Below are positions 45,866 to 57,970 of a DNA stretch of 64,000 bases, piece by piece. The stretch comes from Pavona decussata (lineage: Eukaryota). How positions within the stretch are numbered: the stretch's first letter is position 1; every line of letters begins with the position of its first letter. The translations under genes were made by a program, and so were the position numbers. The stretch covers positions 372,001-436,000 of the forward strand of contig CDRNST010000131.1 of NCBI GenBank assembly GCA_977016875.1, in the 5' to 3' direction. The notes under the pieces are model-generated. The model was not told where the DNA came from and ran no database searches. It worked only from the letters and a program-made list of their open reading frames with translations.

Positions 45866-47339
45866 ATAATAATAAAAAAAAAATGTGGGAGTCTAATTCA
45901 TTTATTTCTTTACTACTCCAAGCAAAATGAAATGATAGGTTAATTATGTGCCAGACTTAGTTAAAGAGTGCAACATTTGCTCGAAAAATATGTAACTTAA
46001 TGTTGTTAGTGAACTGATGTCAATCGGCTTAGTCCAGTGAAAAAAAAAAAATAAAAATAAAAGTGGTGTTGGAAAACTTTGTGTCAAAATTCCTGGGTAA
46101 ATTTTAGGATATCGTCTCGTGAAAAGGGTTGTGAAAGAAAAGTCCTCAACAATTCTTGCAACAGCTTAAGAGTGATGATGGCTTCTGCAATATGCGGGTA
46201 CTATACTAGAAGAACGTGAAAAGAATTTCACAATTACAATTCAAGAAAAACAGCAGTCAGAAAACTGAAGAAAACAAACGTTGAACGCTCAGATATCGTG
46301 AAAGTCACGGATCACAAAAGCATAAAGTCCCTTAAAGACTATGAACAGTGACGACTCTCTCTTACTATATTCAAACGAATTAAGAAAATCCCTGTGGCGG
46401 GAAGACAGCGAATAGTAGTTTCCGACATTGCAACTGAATGTTGCTCATATAAGACAACAGCCGGCCCATCGATGGCAGCGCCAAAGGGAAACCAGCTCCC
46501 ATGTTCATTTTCGGTTTTTAAATTTCAGAATTTCTCCTTGAATCCAAACATCATGAGGTCTCATTAACAGACCATAATAAACGAGTTCAACAACTGCCAA
46601 GTTTCTTTGGCGACTTAAATTAAAGCGTGCAGCTAAAGGTTCAAAATGCCAATCCAGTTCTTGTAAACGCCGAGCTTTCATGATTCCGATTGAGCATTTA
46701 CTTTTGCTGATTGTTGTTTATCGAGTTTTTTTTTTTAAAAGATGTTCGAAAATTCGTTTAAAATCAATCCTCTCACAATTCCAAGTTCACAGTTAAATGA
46801 CAGATTTTGAATGCTTTGGCCTCTTGTAAAAGTTTAAAGCCGGCTGGCAGTGCAGTTGTCAGAAGAGTCCCTTTGCTGTTTTAGTCATGCATCGGAACCT
46901 GTACTGCAAGTCCTATTTTCAATCTTGTCATTAAACGGTGTTGGTAAAATGCCCTGTCCGACTTTACAGCATATTCGATGAAGTAGAACAAAACGCACTT
47001 TTACCTAAGGTAACTGATTTATCAGGCTTCACACATAAGAAGGGCGGCGTCTGAATCGATGTTTGCCGCAGCGCTACCGTACCAAACCGCTTTAGAAGCC
47101 GGTCTTTTGCCGGACATAATTCATCAATTAGGTTTGGAACATGAGTGGATTGGCGTCTGGATCAGGCGTAAGTTCAAACTTTCGCAACACTAGAAACGAA
47201 TTCCTTACGTTTTCGAAAACGGGAAAATATGTCGTTATAACAATGAGAAAAAAAAGTAAGCTTCCTTTTTCGTAAAGCCAACAACACCTAGTAATCGGGA
47301 AATTAATTTCCAATTCTTGAAAGGCTTTCTGCATTTTAA

Positions 47340-48786
47340 GAGCGGCTTTCCACAAATATCGACCAAGTGGTGGCACAAGCCAAAAAAATCGATTTCGCTC
47401 ATATTTCGCTCATTGGTAGTCCCTAGTGAGAAACAAACTGAGCTGCAGTTAGTTTTTCCAAATACCGCTTTCTTTCGCGTAAATATGCGAAAAATGATTT
47501 TGTCTCAGTTGAGCTCATTACAAAGTCCGCTTCTGGAGGGATGGAATTTTCCTTAACTTTCGACGGCTCACGTATCAGTCTACAGACTGTTACTAGCCTT
47601 CAAATGACATATATTGCTTTATTAGGTCTTCCTCTTCTGTTTCACGGGAAAACATTTAAAACCTAAGTTACTTTTACGTCCGAAATAGGTTTACAAGAGC
47701 ATGCTATAAATGCAAATTTTCAACAACCACATTTTAGCACTAAAATATTGCCAATTTTACCCATGGGCTATAAGTTATATTTCCCTATAATGAATTTCTA
47801 TGGCTTCACTGTAAACCTATTTATCATAATATAAAAACAAAGCTCTGGGTAAATGAAAATAAATGACCCGCTAGGCTTCAGATTTATCAGCATTTTCTCG
47901 AGATTTGGCGATCGAAGCGCAAAAAAGATGGCGTGACACACTGTCACGGGTACAAATAGTTTTTCTTTTTCGAAAAAAAAAAAAAAAAGAAAAAAAGAAA
48001 AAATGAAGCGACATTTAAAAGGAAGTATTTTTCATTCACAGTAGAAAAATCATTGGATCGAAAGTTCGGTAGCGTTATTGACCAATATGTATTTTGGCTG
48101 CATTTCATGGATGGAAATTTCAGAGCCTGATCCGTTCGCTAGTCCGTGCAGTTCGTTATTATGTAACATTATCGTGTTAAAACAAATAATTGGAAATTTT
48201 ATTTTCCTCTGCCATGGATAAATTAAACTAGAAATAGGTAAAACGCAGCAGTTTTGAGCTACATTAACCTGATTAAGTTTCGACTGTTATGTTAAATTGC
48301 ATCGTTTGCGTGAAATATACGTGCGAAGTACTGTTTGTTTTTCTCGTCCATTGATCATGAGCGAGTTTTTTTTAAAAAATCTCGATAAATAAAGAAAGGG
48401 AGGAGAAATAGCGTAAAGGGTCCATCCCCGTTTTTAAAGACATTGTCTATGGAGTTTTCCAATCTTCGTACATCTAAAAATGAGAGCTCCTGATTTAGTG
48501 AATTAAATTTGCAAAAGAAAGCACATGCACACACAACGACAACAAGAACAAAAAAAGCAAGACAGAATTCTGGACGTTTCTAAGGGAAAAAGTAATAACA
48601 ATAAAAGCCTGAACTGAAAATCGTTTTTCGAATGTTTAGGCGTAAGGAAGCCGTATTTGGAAAAACTAACTACAGCCCGTTTTGTTTCTTACTAGGACCT
48701 ACCTATGAGCAAAATATGAGCGAAATCGATTTTTTGACTTGTGCCACCAAAAGGTGATTTCGGTCGATATTTGTGGAAAGCCGCTC
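47340..48786. mobile_element. TTAA-flanked non-autonomous DNA transposon with long TIRs (Kolobok-like)
   Basis: Imperfect TIRs of about 165 bp starting GAGCGGCTTTCCACAAATATCGACC; TTAA at 47336-47339 and 48787-48790. Confidence 0.85.
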
Positions 48787-49806
48787 TTAAATTTTCAGCT
48801 ATTTAAAGCATCCGACCGGACCAAGCTGAATTTGTTATTTTGAGGGCCAAGATGATCTGAGAACAAAAGAGACCACATTTGAACTATTTTGCTTAAATAT
48901 TTTTGGTTAGTTGCCCTTGTTGTAAGGTGAGCATACAGAAAAAGGCTGAAGACAGTTAGTGGTTAGTGGTTTCCGTGTTGTTTTGCCGGACGGTGTGTAA
49001 TGTACGGAGTTCCACTGCAAACTCAGACTGATTGTGTCCACTTACGGAATTATGACTTCAAAAGTACACAAGACTATCTGGGAACAAAAGAGAGAAGTTT
49101 TTAAGCATTTTGCTTAATTGTTTTCGTTGGTTTCGCATGTTTTCAGGTTAGAAAACTGGGCAAATGAATTAAAGACTGTAAACAGTTTGTTGGTAAAAAA
49201 ACCCCGCATATTTTGATGGCAATTTTAGTATTGGGAATTAAGGAACCTTTAATTTTATGAGGTCACAACCCAGAACAAATGAAATAAAAATATAGATATA
49301 TCAAAGAAACTATAGTGAAGAAAACAAAACATATAGTTCGGTGCTTGTTTACCAAACGCTAGGCATGCGGTTAAGAGAGCTTATTTTAGCTTTTTTGGTA
49401 AACATTCGCACACGCAGACGAAAGGTGTCCGATTACCGGAGGTTACAAATGTAGACTTTCAGTAGATATCCCTGAACGCCGTTGATGTTCGATTGGGATG
49501 GTTTGATTCATCTCCAATTTTCATATTAAGGTTGTAGAGCGACCAAACGTACTCCCCTTAAATGACAATGTAGCCAAACCCAACGGAACAAACTGACGTT
49601 TAGATTACAAATTTTATGACACAAAGTTCCCCAACACCATTTTTATTTCTTTCAGCTGAATGCGCATTGATATCAACTTACAGCATTATGTTTCATATCT
49701 AACGAGAATATGTCGCGCTCTCAACCTTTAACTTATAGTTATATCTTCGAGTCCTAAACAACTAACTCAGGATAAGGCTCACAGCTGTTTGATTTATTTA
49801 TTTTTA

Positions 49807-52800
49807 TTATTTACGTTTTAATACATGGGGAGGCTGTTCGCAAAGAATGATGGGGCTCTTGGGAGCCCAATAACCCGTCATTTCGCATGAGGCATCATTC
49901 CACTTTCCTGGCTTTCCAAAAAAGTGCGCGCAGTTCTCTTTTCCCTTGTAGTTATTAGGTTCCCCTTCTCCCCAGTTCTCGTACTGTCCCTCCAGTGGAG
50001 TGCCATCAACCCAATACCACTTGGAGTCATCAGTGTTTCTCTTCAGCCCAATCCACGCTTTCGTCTCAGTGACCGTTTCCTTTGCCATCACCAGTTCGTA
50101 AAGGAAGTCGTTTTCTTCGGCTGAAGTGATTACAGCCAGGTCTCCTCCCAGGTTTTGACAAACTGCTCGAGCATCGCTCCATTTCGTGGTCACAGTATCA
50201 TCAACGTAATAGCATGAATTTCCGTCAAATTCTCTCCAGCCGATTAAACAAACTGTAGAGCAAAATACAATAGCTTCATTTTATTTCCTTTCAATAAATC
50301 TCTTCTTATTTTACCTTATCTGACTTCATCTCATCTTATCTCATCTCATTTCATCTTATCTCATTTCACCTAATCTCATCTTATGTAATTTAATCTCATC
50401 CCATCCCGTGTCATCTCATCTCATCTCATCTTATCTCATCTAATCTCATCTCATCTCATCTCGTCTCGTGTCGTCTCGTCTCATCTCATCTCATCTCATC
50501 TCATCTCGTCTCGTCTCGTCTGGTCTCATCTCATCTCATCTCATCTCATACCATCTCACCTTATCNNNNNNNNNNNNNNNNNNNNNNNNNNNNNNNNNNN
50601 NNNNNNNNNNNNNNNNNNNNNNNNNNNNNNNNNNNNNNNNNNNNNNNNNNNNNNNNNNNNNNNNNNNNNNNNNNNNNNNNNNNNNNNNNNNNNNNNNNNN
50701 NNNNNNNNNNNNNNNNNNNNNNNNNNNNNNNNNNNNNNNNNNNNNNNNNNNNNNNNNNNNNNNNNNNNNNNNNNNNNNNNNNNNNNNNNNNNNNNNNNNN
50801 NNNNNNNNNNNNNNNNNNNNNNNNNNNNNNNNNNNNNNNNNNNNNNNNNNNNNNNNNNNNNNNNNNNNNNNNNNNNNNNNNNNNNNNNNNNNNNNNNNNN
50901 NNNNNNNNNNNNNNNNNNNNNNNNNNNNNNNNNNNNNNNNNNNNNNNNNNNNNNNNNNNNNNNNNNNNNNGGTCTTTCTTTCTCCTATTTTAAGAGGAAC
51001 AACAGGGCTTCGGTCACCATGGTCATCACATTCATATTCATTTCCCAAAAGTAATAACAGCTTAAGTTTTTGTTTTAAGCGCAACATTTTCAATCGCATT
51101 TTGGTCCTCAGTCTTGGTGGGTTAGTTTATAAAAAGGGAAATTTTCAGATTTAGTTTTTAAGAGCGCCTGCCTGTAAGAATCGAGAACTGCATTTCAGCG
51201 AGTACTTGGTCGAATCTCTGATATTTCGTCTGAACATACCCTTGGGTTAATTATTTTTGAAAATCATATTTTAAAGTTCCAAGGTATTTCCTTTCTAGAG
51301 AAAACTGTGAGAGTTTGAAATGCAGCCCAGGTGCGGTCACGGGCCAATGAGAACCTTGAAAATTTAGGTCAAAGAAGGAAGCCCCGCTCACAGTGTGAAA
51401 TAACCCAACGAACTTGAAACCTCACACAAACCTAGACCAACCAACCCACAAGAAATTAATACATTTAACTAATTTTAATTAATTATGATGATCTGTGAAC
51501 GCTTCTCTATTTTATTTTTTTTGTTAGTAAATACAATAAATAGCATTGTATATATTGAGCGTTGGAATCTGTATTAAGAGCGTTGGCCTCGACAAAAAAT
51601 GTGGCTAAGAAAGATGCGCAAGACCGTTGCGAAAATGGTGCTGCTGCTGTGGACCAGCGAATTCGACGTCAGCGCCTTAGAAGCCAAGGGACACTGGGCC
51701 ACGCTTGAAGAACTTTTGAAAGTGATTGGGCGTTACTTACTACGTTACGAGAGCGTGCTGAAATCATGTAAGGATAAAGTAGGTCCTGTTTTGAAACTGT
51801 ACATATCATTTGCTACAAAATGTTTATCGTGTATTTGTTTGTAAAGGTAAAAGGCTCGATCCCGATAACATATTAGTATTTAACCGGTTTAATGGTGAAC
51901 AACGCCAAGTCTAAAGTTACATACCTTAATATTAAGTTACCGCACTTGCGCTGTGGCCATGGCTGTCATCAAGTGAAATGAGAACGAGCCATTTTCACTA
52001 AACGTTTATAACATGGAAACTAGATTTTTCAAATTCCGCTGCGTGGTCTTTGTTTTCGATAAATTCCGGCCAGTTTAGAAATAGCCTCGACAGTACAAAA
52101 ATAGAATATGCCTTGACAATTTATTGTGATTAAGTAAGCAGTGTATTCTTTTCGCTACGTTTTGTCGAACGCAAACAGGCGTTTGGTTGACAATTCCCAA
52201 ACGTTGAACAACGAGACATTTACCAAATTTAACATTGGTTTTAGAACTTTTTTTACTTCGTGCTTCAAGTGTAGTCACCATAGGCATTCTGTGTACAGTC
52301 AACGTAAGCATTTAATGATGCTAAGATCTTTCATTATCGCTGAAGAGAAATTTCTTTTCAATTTAAAAAGCTAATTCGTAGTTTTGTTTAGAATGCAGAA
52401 AAAAGCGCGGCTTTAGGTTGTAATAGCAGTGCAGATGAGTTCTTCTTGGCGAAACGTGTAATAAAGAACCTGGGGAAAACCTTCCAGCTTAAAGGGACAC
52501 AGTCACATTTGTTACCGCGCTGACCTGGACACTAGTTTTGTCAGTTTGAAAAGCGTCCACATCAACCCGAAATTAAAAGTACGCGTCGAATGCATCTAGA
52601 AATCCGCTTCAATCTTCCCAGTGCTTTATTGGATTTTCAATTTTTTACTGGAAACCTTTTTTCTGAGTATGCTTTGCTCATCCTATGGTATTATTTTAAC
52701 ATATTTGGTTAAAAACAGTATGGATCGCGTCTCCAACGGAACATGAAAAGAAGAGGTGGAAAACGTTAAGGCGCCGGGCGGAAGAAGTCGCCTGCGTTGA

Positions 52801-53951
52801 CCAATATAACGAGAAAAGTCAATCAAAACATTGGAAAACAAATCTCCATTAAATATATTTGGAAAATCGCATTTTCTCAACCTGGCGAAAGGTTCGTGCG
52901 GAGGGAATCTTCGTAAACGATTCGAACTTCGCGTCATATATAGCTGCTTGGTTTGGAGCTCAGACGAAGACAAGCTTCGGTAGACAGTCGATTATCTCCT
53001 CGACAAGAAAAACCTCTCTCTTAGAACCTTGTTTTCTACGGGTCGAGCAAGCGTTCTTGTAATGACATGGGTTTGGTTCCTAAATTTAGATAACGGAGAA
53101 GTTGTAGAAACGAAATTATAAACGCAAAATATATATGCCGATTGAAAGCAGAAATAAAGCTTACCGGTAGTTTCGCTACAAAGTCATTTTGCTACACCTC
53201 AGTTCAGGCGATTCGCTACGTTTTAAAATTGACATATTCTCTAATATTTAAACTCAATCTGCTTCTTATGCAAACACTGTGAAACGTAGAAACAGCTACG
53301 ATAATTTTTCACTCGACCGGATACCGAAATGAACAATTAAATGATTCTTCGACTTCAGAGGTACTCGTTGACGTTTGGCTTTTCCTGGACAAGTCCATCA
53401 GTAAATTTTCCATGGTATCAAGAAAATGAGTGTTCTAATATGGCATTAGGTCTATAATCACTATAATAATTTTGACTGGCAAACACTTCGACTCGACAAG
53501 GTTTGTTTAGATTTTTCAAAGGATGTGCTTCTCAGCGCGAGACTTGCATTTGAAGTGTGATATGCAAATCAGCTAAGAAATGGTATCTAATGCGCATGTG
53601 CACCAGGTGACTGTGTCCCTTTAAAGCAGCCCCAAGGAAACATATCATGCCAGAGTATCATACTTTTGAAGAGATCATGCAATCCTAGAATCATTAAAAA
53701 CCTTAAGGACACTTCGAAATATCAACGAACTAATTGGCTATTTAGATTATAACTTAAATAAAGGGATATCTTGCAACTGAACTGCAAAAGTTTTCCCCCC
53801 GCTGTATCCGTCACACGTAGAAAATATTTGAATTCTCAGTGACATCCCATTGATCAAGAGATTTCAAGTATAATGGGAATAGCGGATACAATGGCGACAG
53901 ACCTTACAGTAAAATAAGAAAGAAGAAGAAATGCAGACCTTCAGGAGAATG

Positions 53952-53992
<41 letters not shown>

Positions 53993-54367
53993 TCTTTATT
54001 AAAATATTNNNNNNNNNNNNNNNNNNNNNNNNNNNNNNNNNNNNNNNNNNNNNNNNNNNNNNNNNNNNNNNNNNNNNNNNNNNNNNNNNNNNNNNNNNNN
54101 NNNNNNNNNNNNNNNNNNNNNNNNNNNNNNNNNNNNNNNNNNNNNNNNNNNNNNNNNNNNNNNNNNCAGATGAAGTAATTGAGTAAGGTTCAGAGAAGTT
54201 CATCATTGAAATTACAGGAAAAATCAATCTACAAGAAATTCAAAAGACGACATTGCTGGGAACGGCCCATATTTTACGGTAGGTCCTACCTATAAAGTGA
54301 CAAGCGGAAGAAAGCAACCATCTACTAGTGCACTAGGTTCATGGTCTGGATCCGGTAAATAATAATG

Positions 54368-54421
<54 letters not shown>

Positions 54422-56646
54422 TATTTTTTTATAATAATAATTCTTTATTAAAATNNNNNNNNNNNNNNNNNNNNNNNNNNNNNNNNNNNNNNNNNNNNNN
54501 NNNNNNNNNNNNNNNNNNNNNNNNNNNNNNNNNNNNNNNNNNNNNNNNNNNNNNNNNNNNNNNNNNNNNNNNNNNNNNNNNNNNNNNNNNNNNNNNNNNN
54601 NNNNNNNNNNGAATCTTACTAATACTTGTTTGTCTACTTACCTTTCTCGTTGCACGACCAAGAGCCAGCGGGACAACCTGCGGAGAAAATTATCGGAATT
54701 AAATGCTTGCTTCATCCCAGGCCTGCTGTGAAGGCTAAACGACACTAAGTAGTATGTTTTTAATGGCAGAAAGTCTATGATGTAGGTATTTGTTATTCTT
54801 TTCTTTACTAAGCCTAGTGATTGGTTTGACAAACTCAGACCACACTGCCAACCAATAAGAAGTAATACAAAAAACAATCGATACTGGCCCGCTCGAGTTT
54901 TCCTTCGCTTGACGATGGTCTCATGTATTTGTTTCTAGTTCTGGTTGGTTCAATTCGCTCTTTGTATCTCTTGTGATTGATCAGAGTAACAAATTTTTTG
55001 GTTTTAGTTTTACGACTCTTAACTGAAAGCCACTCTATTTTATCTGATATATGTTTGACTAAATTTAAGTGACAAATCAAATGATGACTTAGCCTGCAAA
55101 CGCAGACGTATTTCCGGCTGTCGAGATTCTCTCCGCCGAAAAATAACGTCTGCGTACCCGAGCCGCAAAACGATTTCCGTGACGTAGAAAATTTAAGCCA
55201 ATCACCGTTTGGCTCATAAAATCGCCGAACCACCACACGAGATTCGTGCGCGGTGTATACGTTAACTCGTGGGAAAAAAAAAAAAAAACGGCGGGCAGTA
55301 CGGGAGACGCGTTTAGCAAAGTTTACGAGGTTTTTGGTATTGAAATGTTAAATAAGCACCAGGAGGATTCAATCAAGTATGTTGTAGAAAATGATAAGGA
55401 TATTTTTGTCAATTTGCCGACGGGGTTTAGCAAGTTGTTGATTTATCAAGCGTTGCTCATAGTGGTTTGGTCTGTGCAGTCCACTTGTGAGATATCATAT
55501 ATATCGTGGTCGGTGTGCAATTTTGTATGCTAGTTCTGTGGCATTTGTTTAGGTTTATCGGCTCGGATTAACTGCAAGATTTCAGGCAGCGTTCAATAAA
55601 TGTTATCTGTGAAGACATATATAGGACCAGTGATTTCGTTACTCGTGAGTTCATGCTTGTATCTCCATTGTTTTGTGGCTTAGCGCACATCCGGCGTTAA
55701 CAAATGTTGACGGACCGGCCCGGCTCCACGTACGACTCCTGCAGTTCAATTGACAGTAAAGCATTTGTAGCTTAGCTCTGCCCGGCTCCTGCATTCGCAA
55801 ATAAATTGACAATAAAATATTCATAGCTTAGCTCTGCCCAACTCCACGTATGAATCCTGCAGTTCGCAAATAAATTGATAATGAAGCATTCATAGCTTAG
55901 CTCTGATTGATGATGTTTATCTTGATCAAGAAGGGACATACTCAAATAAACCGAATGGAGGTTTTCTTACTGACAATTCAATTCTGACAATAGATTGAAA
56001 AAAATTTTCATAGGAAGAGGGGCATTTATGGGGGATTCACTCTCTTACCTCATAGTCTCTTGATTGTTTATGCTAGCTCTGTGGCGTTTGTTCGTCGCGT
56101 GGACCACTCGAGTGTCATTCTATCATGTAATCTGATTGGCCAACAAGAAAACAAAAGCTTCCACGTCACGGAAATCGTTTTGCGGCTCGGGTACGCAGAC
56201 GTTATTTTTCGGCGGAGAGAATCTCGACAGCCGGAAATACGTCTGCGTTCGTAGGCTAATGATGACTGCAAGGGACTGCTTTTACTTCTCTATTTAGACT
56301 CAGGACTGTACAATCTTTGGACTTCTTTTCCAGACCTCAGTACTCCGCTCTTAATCTATTACGAATATTGTTTCTCTACTTACACTCATAAGCACGGCTC
56401 TGCAAACTGCAAGTACTGTCTTTGTTGTTAAATACCTTGGCAAATATCGACTGCACTGTAGAAATTAGAATTGCAACACTTAATTAGCGTTATAACCATG
56501 TCTTAATAAACAATTAAATGACATATAGATAAAACCAAAAATTTCTCGTATGAACTCTATTATCTCTTTCTTTAACTCTTAACCATATATCTTTGTGTAC
56601 TTACACGATTTCATGCAGTCTTTAAAGTTCGTGTTAAAGTAACAGC
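49807..56646 (-). CDS. C-type lectin 2, EPN type, paralogue of lectin 1; 5' end not resolved
   Basis: CRD exon 50252-49807 (CLIGW..SCY, WIGL, WYWVDGTPL, GEPNN, ENC, WNDASC) is secure. Upstream phase 1-1 mini-exons 54677-54642 (CPAGSWSCNEK) and 56646-56605 (CYFNTNFKDCMKS) are inferred from splice sites. Gaps in the intron could hide further exons. Confidence 0.75.
50325..50565. repeat. (TCATC)n/(TCGTC)n pentanucleotide microsatellite running into a gap
   Basis: Direct reading. Confidence 0.95.
51580..51912 (+). pseudogene. Decayed coding fragment, possibly from a tyrosine-recombinase-like mobile-element protein
   Basis: LRKMRKTVAKM...LEAKGHWATLEELL...SFATK, then after a frameshift YLFVKVKGSIPITY*YLT. 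The assignment rests on recalled resemblance only. Confidence 0.35.
52493..53620. mobile_element. TTAA-flanked non-autonomous DNA transposon (Kolobok-like)
   Basis: 14-bp TIR AGGGACACAGTCAC; TTAA at 52489-52492 and 53621-53624. Confidence 0.85.
54167..54440 (+). mobile_element. 3' end of an R4/Dong-like non-LTR retrotransposon with (TAA)n tail
   Basis: EKFIIEITGKINLQEIQKTTLLGTAHILR*VLPIK* matches the recalled R4/Dong C-terminal motif QKxxLLGTAxILRxVL; a short 3' UTR is followed by (AAT)n. Confidence 0.7.
55090..56258. mobile_element. AcademH-like non-autonomous transposon with a RecQ-type helicase fragment
   Basis: 96-bp TIRs (55090-55185 and 56163-56258, 2 mismatches) starting TAGCC; perfect 9-bp TSD ATGATGACT (55081-55089, 56259-56267); internal peptide VFGIEMLNKHQEDSI...KDIFVNLPTGFSKLLIYQ. 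Confidence 0.8.
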
Positions 56647-57600
56647 CTGCAAATCAAAATATACTTATTATCAAAATATACTTATTAACTTTGCTTTCTT
56701 TAAACTTATCGTTTTTTTGCTCTCTTTTTACTAATCCTGGCCTACTTTAGATTTTTGAATGGAAATTTAATAAGGGATTTCAACATCACTACCACTGAAA
56801 TTGTCGTCATCGCTGTTATTTTTATTATGACATATAGAGGGCAAAAAGTACTTAATACTTATTGGTCAATACCGAAGACAAATTCCCTCACATACAATTA
56901 TTTATTCTTTAAAGGACTAATGCTACCATTAGTGTTGTTGTAATTATTGATCGTGTAAGGATAAGTGTTGAAATAGTGTTACTGTAAACGGATCCAACAT
57001 ATTTGATCTAACGTTTGTACTCAAGGTTCTCGGACCAAAAGCTGCCACTCAGAATCCTTGGAAAAAGAAGCCCGCGTTATACGGTTTGCCCAAAAAATGT
57101 CGCAACACCGATCAGTATTAGTAATGGACCATCTTCTCGCTTATCCTGGTCTTACATCTTTGCCCTTTCTCTTTCCTTTCGAAAAAAAATGGCTTGTATT
57201 TGAGATTTGAGAGAGATTGATAAATCCAAACTTTGTTTCTTTGCCATCTGTAGCTTGAAATCTTACCCGGCAATGCGCGAAGAAAATCATAATAAACCAT
57301 CGAAATGGATAAAAGATAACGCAAAGTCAGCTTAGTGAGGTAGAGAGATTCACCCTGAATTTTTTCAAAATTTTCTCCCTCGCCGTAACGCTTACAAATT
57401 TCGTTCATGTTTTTTCGTTGTTTGGCGTTTCTTGAACTCTCTACCGGGTCTGTTCACTGTGCCCCTGACGAGAATGACAGACCTTCTGAGCAGACGGAGC
57501 TTTGTTTTGCTTTTGTCAATCTATGCTGTTTCTTGATTCTTCTTTTTGGTGAGCTCACTAAAATACGTGCGTAAGATTTTCAATATTTACTTAACATTAA

Positions 57601-57970
57601 AGGGGAAGTATCATGGGGTTTTTGATATCTTTTGTTAAAAATGATGAAATAAGACCTTAAATCACCTGTCAAATAATTCTAGAATGACGAGAGGAACGAA
57701 ATCAACTCAATTCTTGAAAAAAACAACTCGTGATCTATTCTAGCGCATTTTGGAAACAAAAATGCGAGAACTTGAAAAACATTAGCCTAATATTTTTCAA
57801 ATTTCAATCCAAACCGGCCTACTCTGTCTCTAGCCAGAGGCACTAATCGACAGTTTTATTGCACTGGGGTGATAATTTTTAACAAACTTGACAATTATTT
57901 CGTTGTTTCTGCTGACAGTCAAACATTTTTGGGTTTTGAAATGACAGCAAATTTTCGTGATACTTCCCCT
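57601..57970. mobile_element. TTAA-flanked MITE (Kolobok-like)
   Basis: 13-bp TIR AGGGGAAGTATCA; TTAA at 57597-57600 and 57971-57974. Confidence 0.85.

Noticed and set aside
46450-47330. Coding-like minus-strand fragments between the lectins
   Set aside because: Many stops and no identifiable family.
55740-55910. CRISPR-like spaced repeats
   Set aside because: The intervening sequences are similar to each other, so this is a tandem repeat inside a transposon in eukaryotic DNA; no cas genes are present.
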